From contig JBBIGR010000003.1 in NCBI GenBank assembly GCA_037447435.1, positions 1 through 64,000 on the forward strand: 64,000 nucleotides of DNA. The letters run 5' to 3'. Source of the stretch: Fibrobacteria bacterium (GTDB lineage Bacteria > Fibrobacterota > Chitinivibrionia > Chitinivibrionales > FEN-1185). Below the pieces are notes generated by a model that did no database searches, was not told the DNA's origin, and saw only the letters and a list, made by a program, of their open reading frames with translations. The position numbers and the translations under genes were made by a program. This document shows, piece by piece, positions 19,691-29,679 of the stretch (positions are counted from its first letter, which is position 1; every line of letters starts with the position of its first letter).

Positions 19691-20395
19691 ATGAATGTGC
19701 CGAAGCATATCGGAATAATCATGGACGGCAATGGCCGTTGGGCAAAGTCCCGTGGACAGTTGCGCACCTCCGGTCATAGGGCCGGTACCGATGCGACGCG
19801 AAAGATCGTTCGGGCATGCGGGGAACTCGGTATTCAGTATTTGACCATTTACGTGTTTTCCGCCGAAAATTGGGGGCGACCCCGTACCGAAGTTTCCATG
19901 CTCATGGACCTGCTTGTCGAAATGGTAAAACGTGAAATTCGGGATCTGAATAAGAATAACGTAAGGCTCCATGCCATTGGCGACCTGTCGAAGTTGCCGC
20001 CCAAAACTCGGAAAGAGCTCATTAACGGAATAGAATCAACGAGCGCGAACACGGGGCTCAACCTCATCTTGGCGGTAAGCTACGGCGGCAGGGCCGAAAT
20101 CATGGATGCTGCCAAAAAATTCGCACAAGATGCGGCGAAGAACCCTTCTCTCATCGATACGCTCGACGAAAGTATATTCAAAACATATCTCTACACAGCC
20201 AAGTTTCCCGACCCGGAGCTCATCATCCGCACCGGCGGGGACAAACGGATCAGCAATTTTCTTTTGTGGCAAGCCGCATATGCGGAATTGTATATCACCG
20301 ATGTCCTCTGGCCCGATTTCGATAAGGACCGTCTTGTTGAGGCCATAAAGGACTTTAACACTCGCGACCGCCGCTTTGGAAAGGTCAAGGAATAA
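19691..20395 (+). CDS. uppS: Undecaprenyl diphosphate synthase
   Basis: HIGIIMDGNGRWA, FSAENW, SYGGR, IRTGG, RISNFLLWQ, RRFG motifs. Confidence 0.96.
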   Translation: MNVPKHIGIIMDGNGRWAKSRGQLRTSGHRAGTDATRKIVRACGELGIQYLTIYVFSAENWGRPRTEVSMLMDLLVEMVKREIRDLNKNNVRLHAIGDLSKLPPKTRKELINGIESTSANTGLNLILAVSYGGRAEIMDAAKKFAQDAAKNPSLIDTLDESIFKTYLYTAKFPDPELIIRTGGDKRISNFLLWQAAYAELYITDVLWPDFDKDRLVEAIKDFNTRDRRFGKVKE

Positions 20396-20397
20396 GC

Positions 20398-21297
20398 ATG
20401 CTTGACAAATCGAATCTTGCCAAGCGACTCCTGTTCGCCGTACCGGCAGCGCCGGTGGGGTGGTGGTTTATTAATTCTTCATGGTCGGTTACGTCTTCGC
20501 TTTCCTTTTTACCGACCATCGTTCCCGGTCAAGTGCTTATCCTGTTCCTGGCGATCGGGGCAAGCATCGAATATAACAGACTTCTTGCCACTTCGTTTCC
20601 CAAGAATGCGTTTTGGTTTGCACCGCTCTGGATAACATTCATACTTTTTCTCGACCTTTTCGGCCATGCGATGCCGCTTAAATTCGCCATTTTCATTCTG
20701 TTGATCATCGTGTCGTGCGAGGCCATTTTTGTGGGCGAAAAAAACCAGGGACGATGGAAAAGAGCGAGTCTGCTTTTCATCGGAACCGTATTTCTGTATA
20801 TAGCGGGAATTTCATGCCTTAATATGTATCAAGAACCGTTCCAGTCGTTCTTTGTTTCGTACAAGTCAATTTCTCCCATGTTGTCCCAAATGGGAATTCT
20901 TACATTGATCGGTTCGATTTTGATGTGCGATACGATTGCCTATTTTGCAGGGAGCCTTTTCGGTAAACATCATTTTAGCAATATCAGTCCCAATAAAACC
21001 ATCGAGGGATCGGTTGCAGGGTTTGCGACCGCCTTGACAATTTTTGCCGTAAGTTGGTATTTTTTCGGGGCGCCGGAATATCCGAAGTTTTTGGGGATTT
21101 TAATGGGTTTTTTCATTGGAATTTTTGCGCAAGTCGGCGATCTGTTTGTTTCGCTTATGAAACGATATTTCAAGGTGAAAAACGCCTCCGATATTTTGCC
21201 GGGACATGGCGGTATTCTCGATCGTTTCGGCAGCGTGTTTTTTGCCGTGCCGACGCTTGGGCTCTTCATATGGACCGTAAATAAATTCCTTGGATAA
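20398..21297 (+). CDS. cdsA: Phosphatidate cytidylyltransferase
   Basis: DTIAYFAG, ISPNKTIEG, GDLFVSLMKR, PGHGGILDRF motifs. Confidence 0.93.
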   Translation: MLDKSNLAKRLLFAVPAAPVGWWFINSSWSVTSSLSFLPTIVPGQVLILFLAIGASIEYNRLLATSFPKNAFWFAPLWITFILFLDLFGHAMPLKFAIFILLIIVSCEAIFVGEKNQGRWKRASLLFIGTVFLYIAGISCLNMYQEPFQSFFVSYKSISPMLSQMGILTLIGSILMCDTIAYFAGSLFGKHHFSNISPNKTIEGSVAGFATALTIFAVSWYFFGAPEYPKFLGILMGFFIGIFAQVGDLFVSLMKRYFKVKNASDILPGHGGILDRFGSVFFAVPTLGLFIWTVNKFLG

Positions 21298-21379
21298 GCA
21301 GCGCGAAAATCACCCCCAATAATTGTGATGAGGATTTGAGCGAACGTAATCCACCAATCAGGTTAAAGGTAAAACAGCC

Positions 21380-22522
21380 ATGAAGATAGTGCTTCTCGGA
21401 TCAACAGGCTCCATAGGCACCAGCGCCTGCAACTGTATCAGACGGTTTCCCGAACAATTCTCACTAGTCGCAATATCGACAAATAACAATGTCGAAAAAG
21501 CAATCTCTCAAATCACCGAATTCCAAACCAAGGCCGTATGCGTGGGCAACGAGGCGTTGGCGTCAACGGTTGCCGGAAACGTACCTTCTTTTGTAAAGAT
21601 TTACAGCGGTGAAGAAGGCCTGGAACGTCTGGTTGAAGAAACCGATTTCGACGTATTGTTGAACGCCCTTGTCGGTGCTGTCGGACTCCGTGCCACGGTC
21701 GCGGCGCTGAAGAGGAACAAATGCGTCGCACTTGCCAATAAAGAAAGCCTTGTGATCGGCGGTGATTATATCATCTCATTGCTCAATCGAGGGCTTGGCC
21801 AGCTTATTCCCGTCGATAGCGAGCATAGTGCCATACAGCAATGCCTTCGCGGGGAAGATGTCGAAAGCATAGAATCCATGATTTTGACGGCTTCCGGAGG
21901 CCCTTTTCGGGAATTGCCTCTGGAACAACTCAAATCCGTGACGCCCCAGCAGGCTTTGAACCATCCGACCTGGTGTATGGGAAAGAAAATCACCATAGAT
22001 TCCGCAACGCTTGTCAATAAAGGATTTGAGGTTATTGAGGCCCATCATTTGTTTGCAATGCCTTTCGAAAAATTGCGGGTGCTCATTCATCCGCAGTCGA
22101 TCATTCATTCCATGATCGAATTCCATGATGGTGCGGTCATGGCGCAGCTTGGCGTGCCGGACATGGAATTGCCCATTCAATACGCATTGTCATACCCAAA
22201 GCGGTTTATGCTGAATTCAAAACGTTTGAATTTGGCCGATGTCGGTACCCTGACGTTTTTCGAACCCGATTATTCGACCTGTAAATGTCTTAAACTGTGT
22301 TTGGATGCGGGTAAGACCGGCGGGACCGCACCGGTCGTTCTTAACGCTGCCAATGAAATTGCAGTGCAGGCGTTCCTTGATGGAAAAATCACCTTCGACA
22401 TGATCGCGCAAATAATAGAGGATGCTCTCGATAACCATACGGCGCTTCCGGCCGACAGTTTGGAAATCATAGAAGAAACCGATAAACAAACGCGAAAATC
22501 GATACGCTCGAAAATTTATTGA
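21380..22522 (+). CDS. dxr: 1-deoxy-D-xylulose 5-phosphate reductoisomerase
   Basis: LGSTGSIG, LANKESLV, PVDSEH, TASGGPFR, HPTW-x-MG-x-KITIDSAT, NAANE motifs. Confidence 0.97.
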   Translation: MKIVLLGSTGSIGTSACNCIRRFPEQFSLVAISTNNNVEKAISQITEFQTKAVCVGNEALASTVAGNVPSFVKIYSGEEGLERLVEETDFDVLLNALVGAVGLRATVAALKRNKCVALANKESLVIGGDYIISLLNRGLGQLIPVDSEHSAIQQCLRGEDVESIESMILTASGGPFRELPLEQLKSVTPQQALNHPTWCMGKKITIDSATLVNKGFEVIEAHHLFAMPFEKLRVLIHPQSIIHSMIEFHDGAVMAQLGVPDMELPIQYALSYPKRFMLNSKRLNLADVGTLTFFEPDYSTCKCLKLCLDAGKTGGTAPVVLNAANEIAVQAFLDGKITFDMIAQIIEDALDNHTALPADSLEIIEETDKQTRKSIRSKIY

Positions 22523-22534
22523 CATGGAAAACAC

Positions 22535-23875
22535 ATGATTATACTTTTGCAAGTTGTTCTCGGGCTGATAATCCTTGGGATATTGGTTCTTGTCCACGAA
22601 CTCGGTCATTTCTGTGCGGCAAAGGCCTTTCACATTCGGGTGCTGGCATTTTCCATCGGTTTTGGAAAACCGCTTTTTAAAAAGACAATTGGCGAAACAG
22701 AATATCGCATCAGCGCGGTCCCTTTCGGCGGCTATGTCCATATGTCCGGCGAACATCCTGAGGAAAAACCCGATGTCGAACCGGGTGATTTTACTGCGAA
22801 GCCGATTTGGCAGCGCGCCGTAGTGGCAATTGCCGGACCGTTGGCTAATTTTGTGTTTGCGATGATTTGTCTGTACGCCGTTTTCATCCTTGGCGTCAAT
22901 ACGCCGCAATACCTTTCTCGTCCCGTGATCGGCGGAGTGGCAGACAGTTCAATCGCTGCCCAAGCCGGTTTTTTACCCGGGGACAGTATTGTTTCACTCA
23001 ATTCGACAAAGGTTTCTTCTTGGGAAGCCGTAGAACATTTGTTGGCCTTTCAACAACCGGTATATGAATTTTCCATTATCAGGGATGGAGCTGCAAAAAC
23101 GCTTCGGCTTGTTTTTGGGAAAACCAAATCAAGCAGACTGCCCAAGGAACCAACCGGCGGTTTGCAGCCCAGCTTACCGGCGATTATCGGTGCGGTCAAT
23201 CCGGGCTCGCCGGCCGAAAAAGCAGGGTTACAAAATAACGACACTGTTGTTTCGATAAACGCCGTTTTAGTGCATTCATGGTATCAGCTTTCCACGATTA
23301 TTTCCCGTTACGATAGTACAAAAGGCCCCTTGTCCTTTATTGTCAAGCGAGGATCCATCGAAGTCTCCGCGTCCGTTGTGCCGAAATTCGGCGCCGATGC
23401 AAAACGCTTCCTCGTGGGAATTGCTATGGGGCAACCGCAAATGCGTAAGGTGCAATATGGGCCGTTGGAATCGGTTGTTAAAATGATGGATAAAACGGGG
23501 GAATATACGGTTATGATTTTCGACGTTTTATCCAAACTTCTCTCCCACGAAGTGTCGCCAAAACAATTGGCCGGACCGGTTGGCATTGTACAAATGTCCG
23601 GTGTCGTTGCACTGTCCGGATTGGTGCCGATCCTGGATTTCATGGCTCTTATAGGCATCAATCTCGGCGTACTTAATTTAATGCCGCTTATCATTACCGA
23701 TGGCGGCCTTTTATTGTTTTTACTGATTGAATTTGTCAGGAAAAAACCTCTTCCGGTCAAATACCAATCGCTCATCAACAAAATTGCGATATTGTTTTTT
23801 GTCAGCCTGTTTTTTTATGTGACGCTCAACGACATCGGCAGAATTCCCGATTTGATCCGAATGTTCGGAAAGTAG
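22535..23875 (+). CDS. rseP: RIP metalloprotease RseP with two PDZ domains
   Basis: HELGH, PFGGYV, AGPLAN, NLMP...TDGG motifs. Confidence 0.95.
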   Translation: MIILLQVVLGLIILGILVLVHELGHFCAAKAFHIRVLAFSIGFGKPLFKKTIGETEYRISAVPFGGYVHMSGEHPEEKPDVEPGDFTAKPIWQRAVVAIAGPLANFVFAMICLYAVFILGVNTPQYLSRPVIGGVADSSIAAQAGFLPGDSIVSLNSTKVSSWEAVEHLLAFQQPVYEFSIIRDGAAKTLRLVFGKTKSSRLPKEPTGGLQPSLPAIIGAVNPGSPAEKAGLQNNDTVVSINAVLVHSWYQLSTIISRYDSTKGPLSFIVKRGSIEVSASVVPKFGADAKRFLVGIAMGQPQMRKVQYGPLESVVKMMDKTGEYTVMIFDVLSKLLSHEVSPKQLAGPVGIVQMSGVVALSGLVPILDFMALIGINLGVLNLMPLIITDGGLLLFLLIEFVRKKPLPVKYQSLINKIAILFFVSLFFYVTLNDIGRIPDLIRMFGK

Positions 23876-23883
23876 GTTGATAA

Positions 23884-24726
23884 TTGGTCTCCAAGGCTTT
23901 TGTTTTATTGTTGACCATCGGCGTTTTGCCTTGTACCTATGCAATGGACGGCAAGGTCGAGCAGGCGGACACGCTGACTGCTTTACAAAAGAATGTCGCC
24001 GATTCGTTGGACACGGCATTGCTTTTGCCGTTATGTCGAAAGGCGGAGGCGTTTTCCCGGACGCAGGAACAAGGACAATGCATTTTCAGGAAGCATAGCA
24101 AGCATCTTTTGGAATGGCTTGTTTCAAAACATACCGACGTCAAATCTATTTCCGACGAACTGCAAAAACGATACGATTGCCTTTTTTCAAACGAAAAAAT
24201 GCCCATTGATACGACAACGTTTCCTATTGCGGGTAATTCAAAAGCGCCGATACTGTTAATCGTCTATGTTTCGGCAACCTGCCCCCTTTGTCATTATATC
24301 TCTCGCGAGTTGTATTCTGCGGTTACCCCAGGGGGGGCATTGTACGGCAAAGTAAGATTCATGGCAAAACCGTACGGGGTTACCGCTGCCAATCTCAGTC
24401 TCTATGCGGCAAATTCACTGGGAAAATTTTGGGACTATTTTTTGGCTCTTGCAAATGTAAATGAACGAATCGACCCGGAATTGTTTTTTCATATTGCCGA
24501 CAGTTTGGGAATGAAAAAAGCGCATTTGAAAAACCTCATGGAGAATGAGAAAACCGTTAGTCTTGCGCAAAAAAATACGGCCGAGGCCCAAACAAACCAA
24601 GTAACCATCACTCCGACCGTTTTTATTAATTGCGTTCGCTATAGAAGCTATAAAGACCCCCGATGGATAATCGATGCTGCTGAAATCAAATTTGAAACGA
24701 TACAAAAAACATCCCTGCGTCATTAA
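23884..24726 (+). CDS. Exported DsbA-like thioredoxin-fold protein
   Basis: Signal peptide; G-x-x-KAPILL, CPLC active site, TPTVFIN cis-Pro loop. Confidence 0.8.
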   Translation: MVSKAFVLLLTIGVLPCTYAMDGKVEQADTLTALQKNVADSLDTALLLPLCRKAEAFSRTQEQGQCIFRKHSKHLLEWLVSKHTDVKSISDELQKRYDCLFSNEKMPIDTTTFPIAGNSKAPILLIVYVSATCPLCHYISRELYSAVTPGGALYGKVRFMAKPYGVTAANLSLYAANSLGKFWDYFLALANVNERIDPELFFHIADSLGMKKAHLKNLMENEKTVSLAQKNTAEAQTNQVTITPTVFINCVRYRSYKDPRWIIDAAEIKFETIQKTSLRH

Positions 24727-24806
24727 TCATTGCACGCAGTATCAAGATGACTGTATAATCTAACAAGATAGGTACAAAAGAATTTTCCGCACCGATAGGC
24801 GAATTT

Positions 24807-26309
24807 ATGCCCATTGCCAACATCGTTTGCATCGGATTTGAAAATAAGGATTTCAATACCCAATGCGCAGTCCATGGATATATGCCTATTATTATTCCCG
24901 CTATTGCCGGATTGATCGATGTAGACGTCACTTTTGCAATTGTTATCGTTAGTCAACAAATCGTTGAAAAATCCGATGCGCATGAAATGGAGCGGCTTTA
25001 TTTCCTTTCCAGTGGCGCTCCCATCGCGGTTTTTATAGAGAACCATGAACGGATCGACGGTAAACTACGGACACTTCTTGACGAAGGCACATTGGAAAGA
25101 ATGTACGGGTTCGAAATCTCAACCGGGCTGGCGTTATCGCGAATAGAAAGAATGTACTTGTCGGCATGCCTCGATTCCTCGGTACGGGCATACCAGGAAA
25201 GCGTGGGCGAGAACGAACAGCTTCACAAAGAAATTTCCCTTCGAAATCGTATTCTTGAACATGAAAGGGAATTGAACGCCAATATCACGGGATCGATCAC
25301 TTCGGGACTGGTGATTATCGACATTATCGGAAATATCTTTCTTATCAATGACTATGCCCGGAAGCACCTGAGGATTGAAAAAAACGATATTTATGGCGTT
25401 CCCTACAAACAGGTTTTTCCCGAAAAAGTATGCCGGTTCGTGGATAATTCTTTAAAGAAAATGGGCGCGCAATGGCAAAAGCATGAAATGAAAAAAATCA
25501 CCATCGATGAAGCGGTTCTGGAAATCGCGACCTATCGGATGAACGATTTCAGCAAAAATCCCAACGGCATGCTCATGATCATTAACGACATCACCGATCA
25601 GGAAAATACGACCGCCCAATTATTCCGCTCTGAAAAACTTGCGACAGTTGGAACCATGCTTTCGGGTATCGCGCATGAATTGCGGAACCCTTTGGCCATT
25701 ATAAGCGCCCGATCCCAAATGGCCTTGAAAAAAGAGGATTGGGACAAATCGTGGGCACTGAAGAATTTCGAATCAATCGATGCCCAGGTCAATCGATGCG
25801 CATCCATTATAAACAGTTTGTTGGATTTTACCCGGTATAAGGCGACAAAACCGGCACATCATAAGGTGGGTGAAATCCTGGACGAAACGTTGACTTATGT
25901 GGAATATCAAAATATTTTCGATTCCATCAAGGTCGAAAAACGGTTCGAAGAAGGACTGTTGGTTTACGGCGACCGTTCTCGTTTTGTACAAATATTTCTC
26001 AATATAATTCTCAATGCCGCCGACGCGATGAACGGTAAAGGCCAATTGACGTTGACGACAAAGTCCGATGAAGCATCGAGGGTTTGCGTGGAAATACACG
26101 ATACCGGGAGCGGCATCGATGCCTCGGTGAAAGACAGGATTTTTGATCCGTTTTTTACTACGAAGGAACCGGGAAAAGGTACCGGACTCGGGCTCGCAGT
26201 CGCCTATAAAATCGTACTTGAATCGGGAGGTGAACTTTGGTTTACCTCCGAACCTGGGAATACATCATTTTTTATCCGGCTCCCGTCGGGAAAGAAGCGG
26301 AATATATGA
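24807..26309 (+). CDS. Cytoplasmic PAS-domain histidine kinase (NtrB-like)
   Basis: AHELRNPL, QIFLNIILNA, DTGSGI, FDPFFTTK, GTGLGL boxes; PAS-like region preceding the H-box. Confidence 0.93.
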   Translation: MPIANIVCIGFENKDFNTQCAVHGYMPIIIPAIAGLIDVDVTFAIVIVSQQIVEKSDAHEMERLYFLSSGAPIAVFIENHERIDGKLRTLLDEGTLERMYGFEISTGLALSRIERMYLSACLDSSVRAYQESVGENEQLHKEISLRNRILEHERELNANITGSITSGLVIIDIIGNIFLINDYARKHLRIEKNDIYGVPYKQVFPEKVCRFVDNSLKKMGAQWQKHEMKKITIDEAVLEIATYRMNDFSKNPNGMLMIINDITDQENTTAQLFRSEKLATVGTMLSGIAHELRNPLAIISARSQMALKKEDWDKSWALKNFESIDAQVNRCASIINSLLDFTRYKATKPAHHKVGEILDETLTYVEYQNIFDSIKVEKRFEEGLLVYGDRSRFVQIFLNIILNAADAMNGKGQLTLTTKSDEASRVCVEIHDTGSGIDASVKDRIFDPFFTTKEPGKGTGLGLAVAYKIVLESGGELWFTSEPGNTSFFIRLPSGKKRNI

Positions 26310-27214
26310 AGGGTAAGCTCTTATTGGTTGACGATGAGATGGATTTCTTGGACATTCTGTCCGAATTTCTCATCGATGAAGGCTATACCGTTGTCACCGC
26401 AGGCAACGGACAGGAGGCGCTTGAAAAATTGGCCCTGGAGCAGTTTGACTTGTTGCTTTCCGATATAAACATGCCGGTCATGAAAGGCTTTGAACTCATC
26501 AAAGAAGCAAAGCGATTGTATCCCACGCTTAAATGCGCCTTGATTACCGCATATGATGTGCGCGACTATTTATTTATGGCCAAAAATTACGGTATCGGCA
26601 ATATCATCACTAAAACGACGCCGTTTAATTATGAGGAAGTTCGCTTACTTGTAAAGAATATTTTAACGGAGGATGTGTTCGGCCTCGACCACTATCTCCG
26701 CGGTGAAATCCATGCGGTGAAAATCCGCAATACGATGGAAATAGAGCCCATCATACAAAAAATCGTAGCGGAAATGCCCAACATGCGGCATAAACGAAAA
26801 TTCAGACAGGTACTTAATGAGATAATCGTCAATGCCGTCTATTACGGTGCAAAGCAGGAACGAGGGGATAAAAAGGAATTGTGGCCGTTGGTCGTGGAGC
26901 TGTCCCCGTCCGAAGAAATCCTCATTCAATGGGGCACCGATGAAGAAAAAGCAGGCGTAGCGGTACGCGACCAGAAAGGCATATTGACAAAAGAAGAAGT
27001 TCTGTATTGGCTTGAACGCAATACCACAAAGGGCGAGGACGGTATCTCGATCGGGCTTCTCGACGAACACGGGAAAGGTCTTTTCATCTCACGGGAAACC
27101 ATCGACCGGTTCATTATGAACGTGAAAAAAGGGGAAAAAACCGAAATCGTGATGCTCAATTATCATGAAGGTTTATACGATGGGTATAGACCACTTTGGA
27201 TTCATGAATTTTAA
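26306..27214 (+). CDS. Response regulator with a C-terminal HATPase (RsbW/SpoIIAB-like) domain
   Basis: LLVDDE...LLLSDINMP receiver; EIIVNAVYYG, VRDQKG and EHGKGLFI GHKL boxes. ATGA overlap with the kinase gene. Confidence 0.85.
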   Translation: MKGKLLLVDDEMDFLDILSEFLIDEGYTVVTAGNGQEALEKLALEQFDLLLSDINMPVMKGFELIKEAKRLYPTLKCALITAYDVRDYLFMAKNYGIGNIITKTTPFNYEEVRLLVKNILTEDVFGLDHYLRGEIHAVKIRNTMEIEPIIQKIVAEMPNMRHKRKFRQVLNEIIVNAVYYGAKQERGDKKELWPLVVELSPSEEILIQWGTDEEKAGVAVRDQKGILTKEEVLYWLERNTTKGEDGISIGLLDEHGKGLFISRETIDRFIMNVKKGEKTEIVMLNYHEGLYDGYRPLWIHEF

Positions 27215-27223
27215 GCTGCCCAA

Positions 27224-27264
27224 AGGCCCCCCCTGCGGACGATGGGCCTCCTTTTCTTTTATTT
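27224..27264 (+). terminator. Possible intrinsic terminator
   Basis: AGGCCC...GGGCCT followed by a T-rich tail between convergent genes. Confidence 0.45.
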
Positions 27265-29067
27265 TCATTTCATTGTGACGATTTTACGGATCGTCTCACG
27301 GTTTTGCGCTGAGAATTTTACGAAATAAACGCCTGGTTGCAACTTTGATCGTGCAAAAGACGCAGCATGCGCTCCGGCCGTATATTCGCCATTGACAATG
27401 GTTATCCCTACTTGCCCTTGTGAATTTACAAGAGATATATTTACGCGGGATTTCTCGCTCAGCTCGAAAACAAGGCGGTTTTGGGTGACGTTGAAATACG
27501 CTGCGGGCCGCCTGTCGAGCTGTTTTTCATTTTGCGAAACCGTGGTGGTACCCCAGCCGGGCATTTCATTGAGCGAAAGCACATTGCCGGCAGTCATGAT
27601 CGATTTCATGACTTCCTGGGTCTGAGTATTGGGGTTATCTTCGTCCCATCTGCAGAAATAGACCCAATTGGGCTGCGAACTGAGTTCTGCGCTTGTCGGC
27701 ATGCGATAACATTCTCCGACGCCAAGGGGTTTGTCTCCGGCAATGTCGCGTGCCCCGTTATACGATGTGCTGAATGAACCGCTGTACACATCCACCGACA
27801 TTATGTCGAAATAGTTGCTTCCAGGATTATATGAAGACCATCCGTTGATTCCGTTGAGGTCCTGCACGTTCCAAATCCAAATAATATTCGTAATGCCAAG
27901 TTCTTTCTCCATATAATCCCGGGTAATCTGATAGAGTTTTGCCGTGCTATTTGTACCGGTGTAGCCTCCCCACCAGAAAAAGCCTTGGTTCATTTCATGC
28001 CACGGCCTAAACATAACCTCCACTCCTTTTGATTTAAGAGTGTCAAACCATGGGGCGATATTCTTCAAACGTGTTTTTAAGGTGGTATTAAGCGCTGTTC
28101 CGTTTGTAAGCAAATCCGCAAATTGGGTTGGGCTCGGTTTATCGTGTCCGACACCGGGGTCCCATCCGCATGATTCCGTGGTAAGGGGCGAACACATATG
28201 GTAATTGAGATTGATTACCGCACCTTTCTTCCATTGTGCAATGGCGGTGTCGATCATGATCCCGCGATTGGTTTGATCAATTGCCTGAAATTGGAAATCC
28301 GCACTATAAAGACCAGGGTAAACCCCGGTTTGCTGAAATAGCCAGTTTGTCGCATGGGTTGGGGCCGAATTCGGTTCTTTATTATGGATTCCGCCGACGG
28401 CTTGTTTACCGAAAATAGTGTTAAAAAAATCAAGTACCTTGAATCCGCGGGTTGGAATTGCGGATGATTTTTTAAGGGTGCCTGCGGCTACGGTGAATTT
28501 TTCCTGAATGCCGATGGATGATGCTGCAGCATGAAGAATGTAAAATGTGTTGACATATGGTTGAAGCATGTCCGGCGTGATTATGAGTCCTTTATTGGAA
28601 GCAAGTTGATTTGAGTCCGGAATAATCGTGGTGTCCTGTTTTACAACAGACAAATACCTGTTGTTTGCTTTTGATAGAAAAGAAACGGTGCTGTCGGGGT
28701 TTTGAATCCAACTGAACAATGCTTCATCGATAACGTCGGAGGAGGAACACTGGACTTTTGCATCCGAAACCGAGCCTTGCACTGTCCAATATTTGTTTTC
28801 TCCAATGGAACGTATTGCGATATACCCGTTTTCGGCGTCGATTACCGTGATTGCGGCGCGGCTGTCGGCAGTTAGTGCTGTGGCATGAAGATCGATTGCT
28901 GTTCCGTCATTCCAAGTTACAACGTATTTGCCCGTTGCTTGAGATTTCAAAGACAAGTTTCCTTTTATTGGCGCTGCATTGCTATTCGAAAAACTGGCAA
29001 TGATCAATAAAAATACGATGCAGACACACATGCCGGTTCGTAATTTAATCGCTTTAGCCCCTTGCAT
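27265..29067 (-). CDS. Secreted GH26 glycoside hydrolase (beta-mannanase-like) with a fascin-like beta-trefoil and a C-terminal sorting-like domain
   Basis: FRPWHEMN...FWWG (acid/base), VDVY, KPLGVGEC (nucleophile); IAIRS...KY and FLSKANNRYLS trefoil repeats; C-terminal LQPGVYFVK...RKI. Confidence 0.88.
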   Translation of the reverse strand: MQGAKAIKLRTGMCVCIVFLLIIASFSNSNAAPIKGNLSLKSQATGKYVVTWNDGTAIDLHATALTADSRAAITVIDAENGYIAIRSIGENKYWTVQGSVSDAKVQCSSSDVIDEALFSWIQNPDSTVSFLSKANNRYLSVVKQDTTIIPDSNQLASNKGLIITPDMLQPYVNTFYILHAAASSIGIQEKFTVAAGTLKKSSAIPTRGFKVLDFFNTIFGKQAVGGIHNKEPNSAPTHATNWLFQQTGVYPGLYSADFQFQAIDQTNRGIMIDTAIAQWKKGAVINLNYHMCSPLTTESCGWDPGVGHDKPSPTQFADLLTNGTALNTTLKTRLKNIAPWFDTLKSKGVEVMFRPWHEMNQGFFWWGGYTGTNSTAKLYQITRDYMEKELGITNIIWIWNVQDLNGINGWSSYNPGSNYFDIMSVDVYSGSFSTSYNGARDIAGDKPLGVGECYRMPTSAELSSQPNWVYFCRWDEDNPNTQTQEVMKSIMTAGNVLSLNEMPGWGTTTVSQNEKQLDRRPAAYFNVTQNRLVFELSEKSRVNISLVNSQGQVGITIVNGEYTAGAHAASFARSKLQPGVYFVKFSAQNRETIRKIVTMK

Positions 29068-29556
29068 TTTACACCTCTTTTTGGAATTTTATACACTGCG
29101 AATTGGCAAACAGTGTGTTGGTTTTTGGCTTTTTAGCAAGAATCGTTTCGATCTTGCCATCACTCGATTATTTCCATCCATCATTTAAATATAAATAAAA
29201 AAAATATTATTGAATGATTTTATTTGTAAAAATAATAAAAATATTATAATGTTTAAAATCAGAGAATTACAATTAATTTAATGTATAAAATATCAAAATT
29301 ATTAAAAAATATTTAAAAAAATAAATTCAACCGTATGCTGTCTGTGCTGCTTGAAATATGCGGTTTTAGAATTTCTGTCAAAAAGGATACTGAATAGCTT
29401 ATTTTATAAAAAAGTTCCGGGATACCCGGGTGGTTATCATTATATTGAGTTTTTTCCCACCCCTTTGTCTCATTTTTATCTTCAATTAAATGCTTTTTTC
29501 GTTCTAACTTTCTACAAACTAAATAGATGCGGCACTTTTTAAAAAAATGCCTTTTC

Positions 29557-29572
29557 TGGCACAAAAAATGCT
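29557..29572 (+). promoter_or_regulatory. Putative sigma-54 (-24/-12) promoter
   Basis: TGGCACAAAAAATGCT has exact GG-N10-GC spacing, about 110 nt upstream of ORF 29680. Confidence 0.55.
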
Positions 29573-29679
29573 TGATATAGTAAACTGATCCATCATGAAT
29601 TAGACTGTTCACAAAATGCCCGTGTCCGATAGGGTATTAAAAGTCATTTGAAAGAATACACCTTTATTGGTATACCGGA

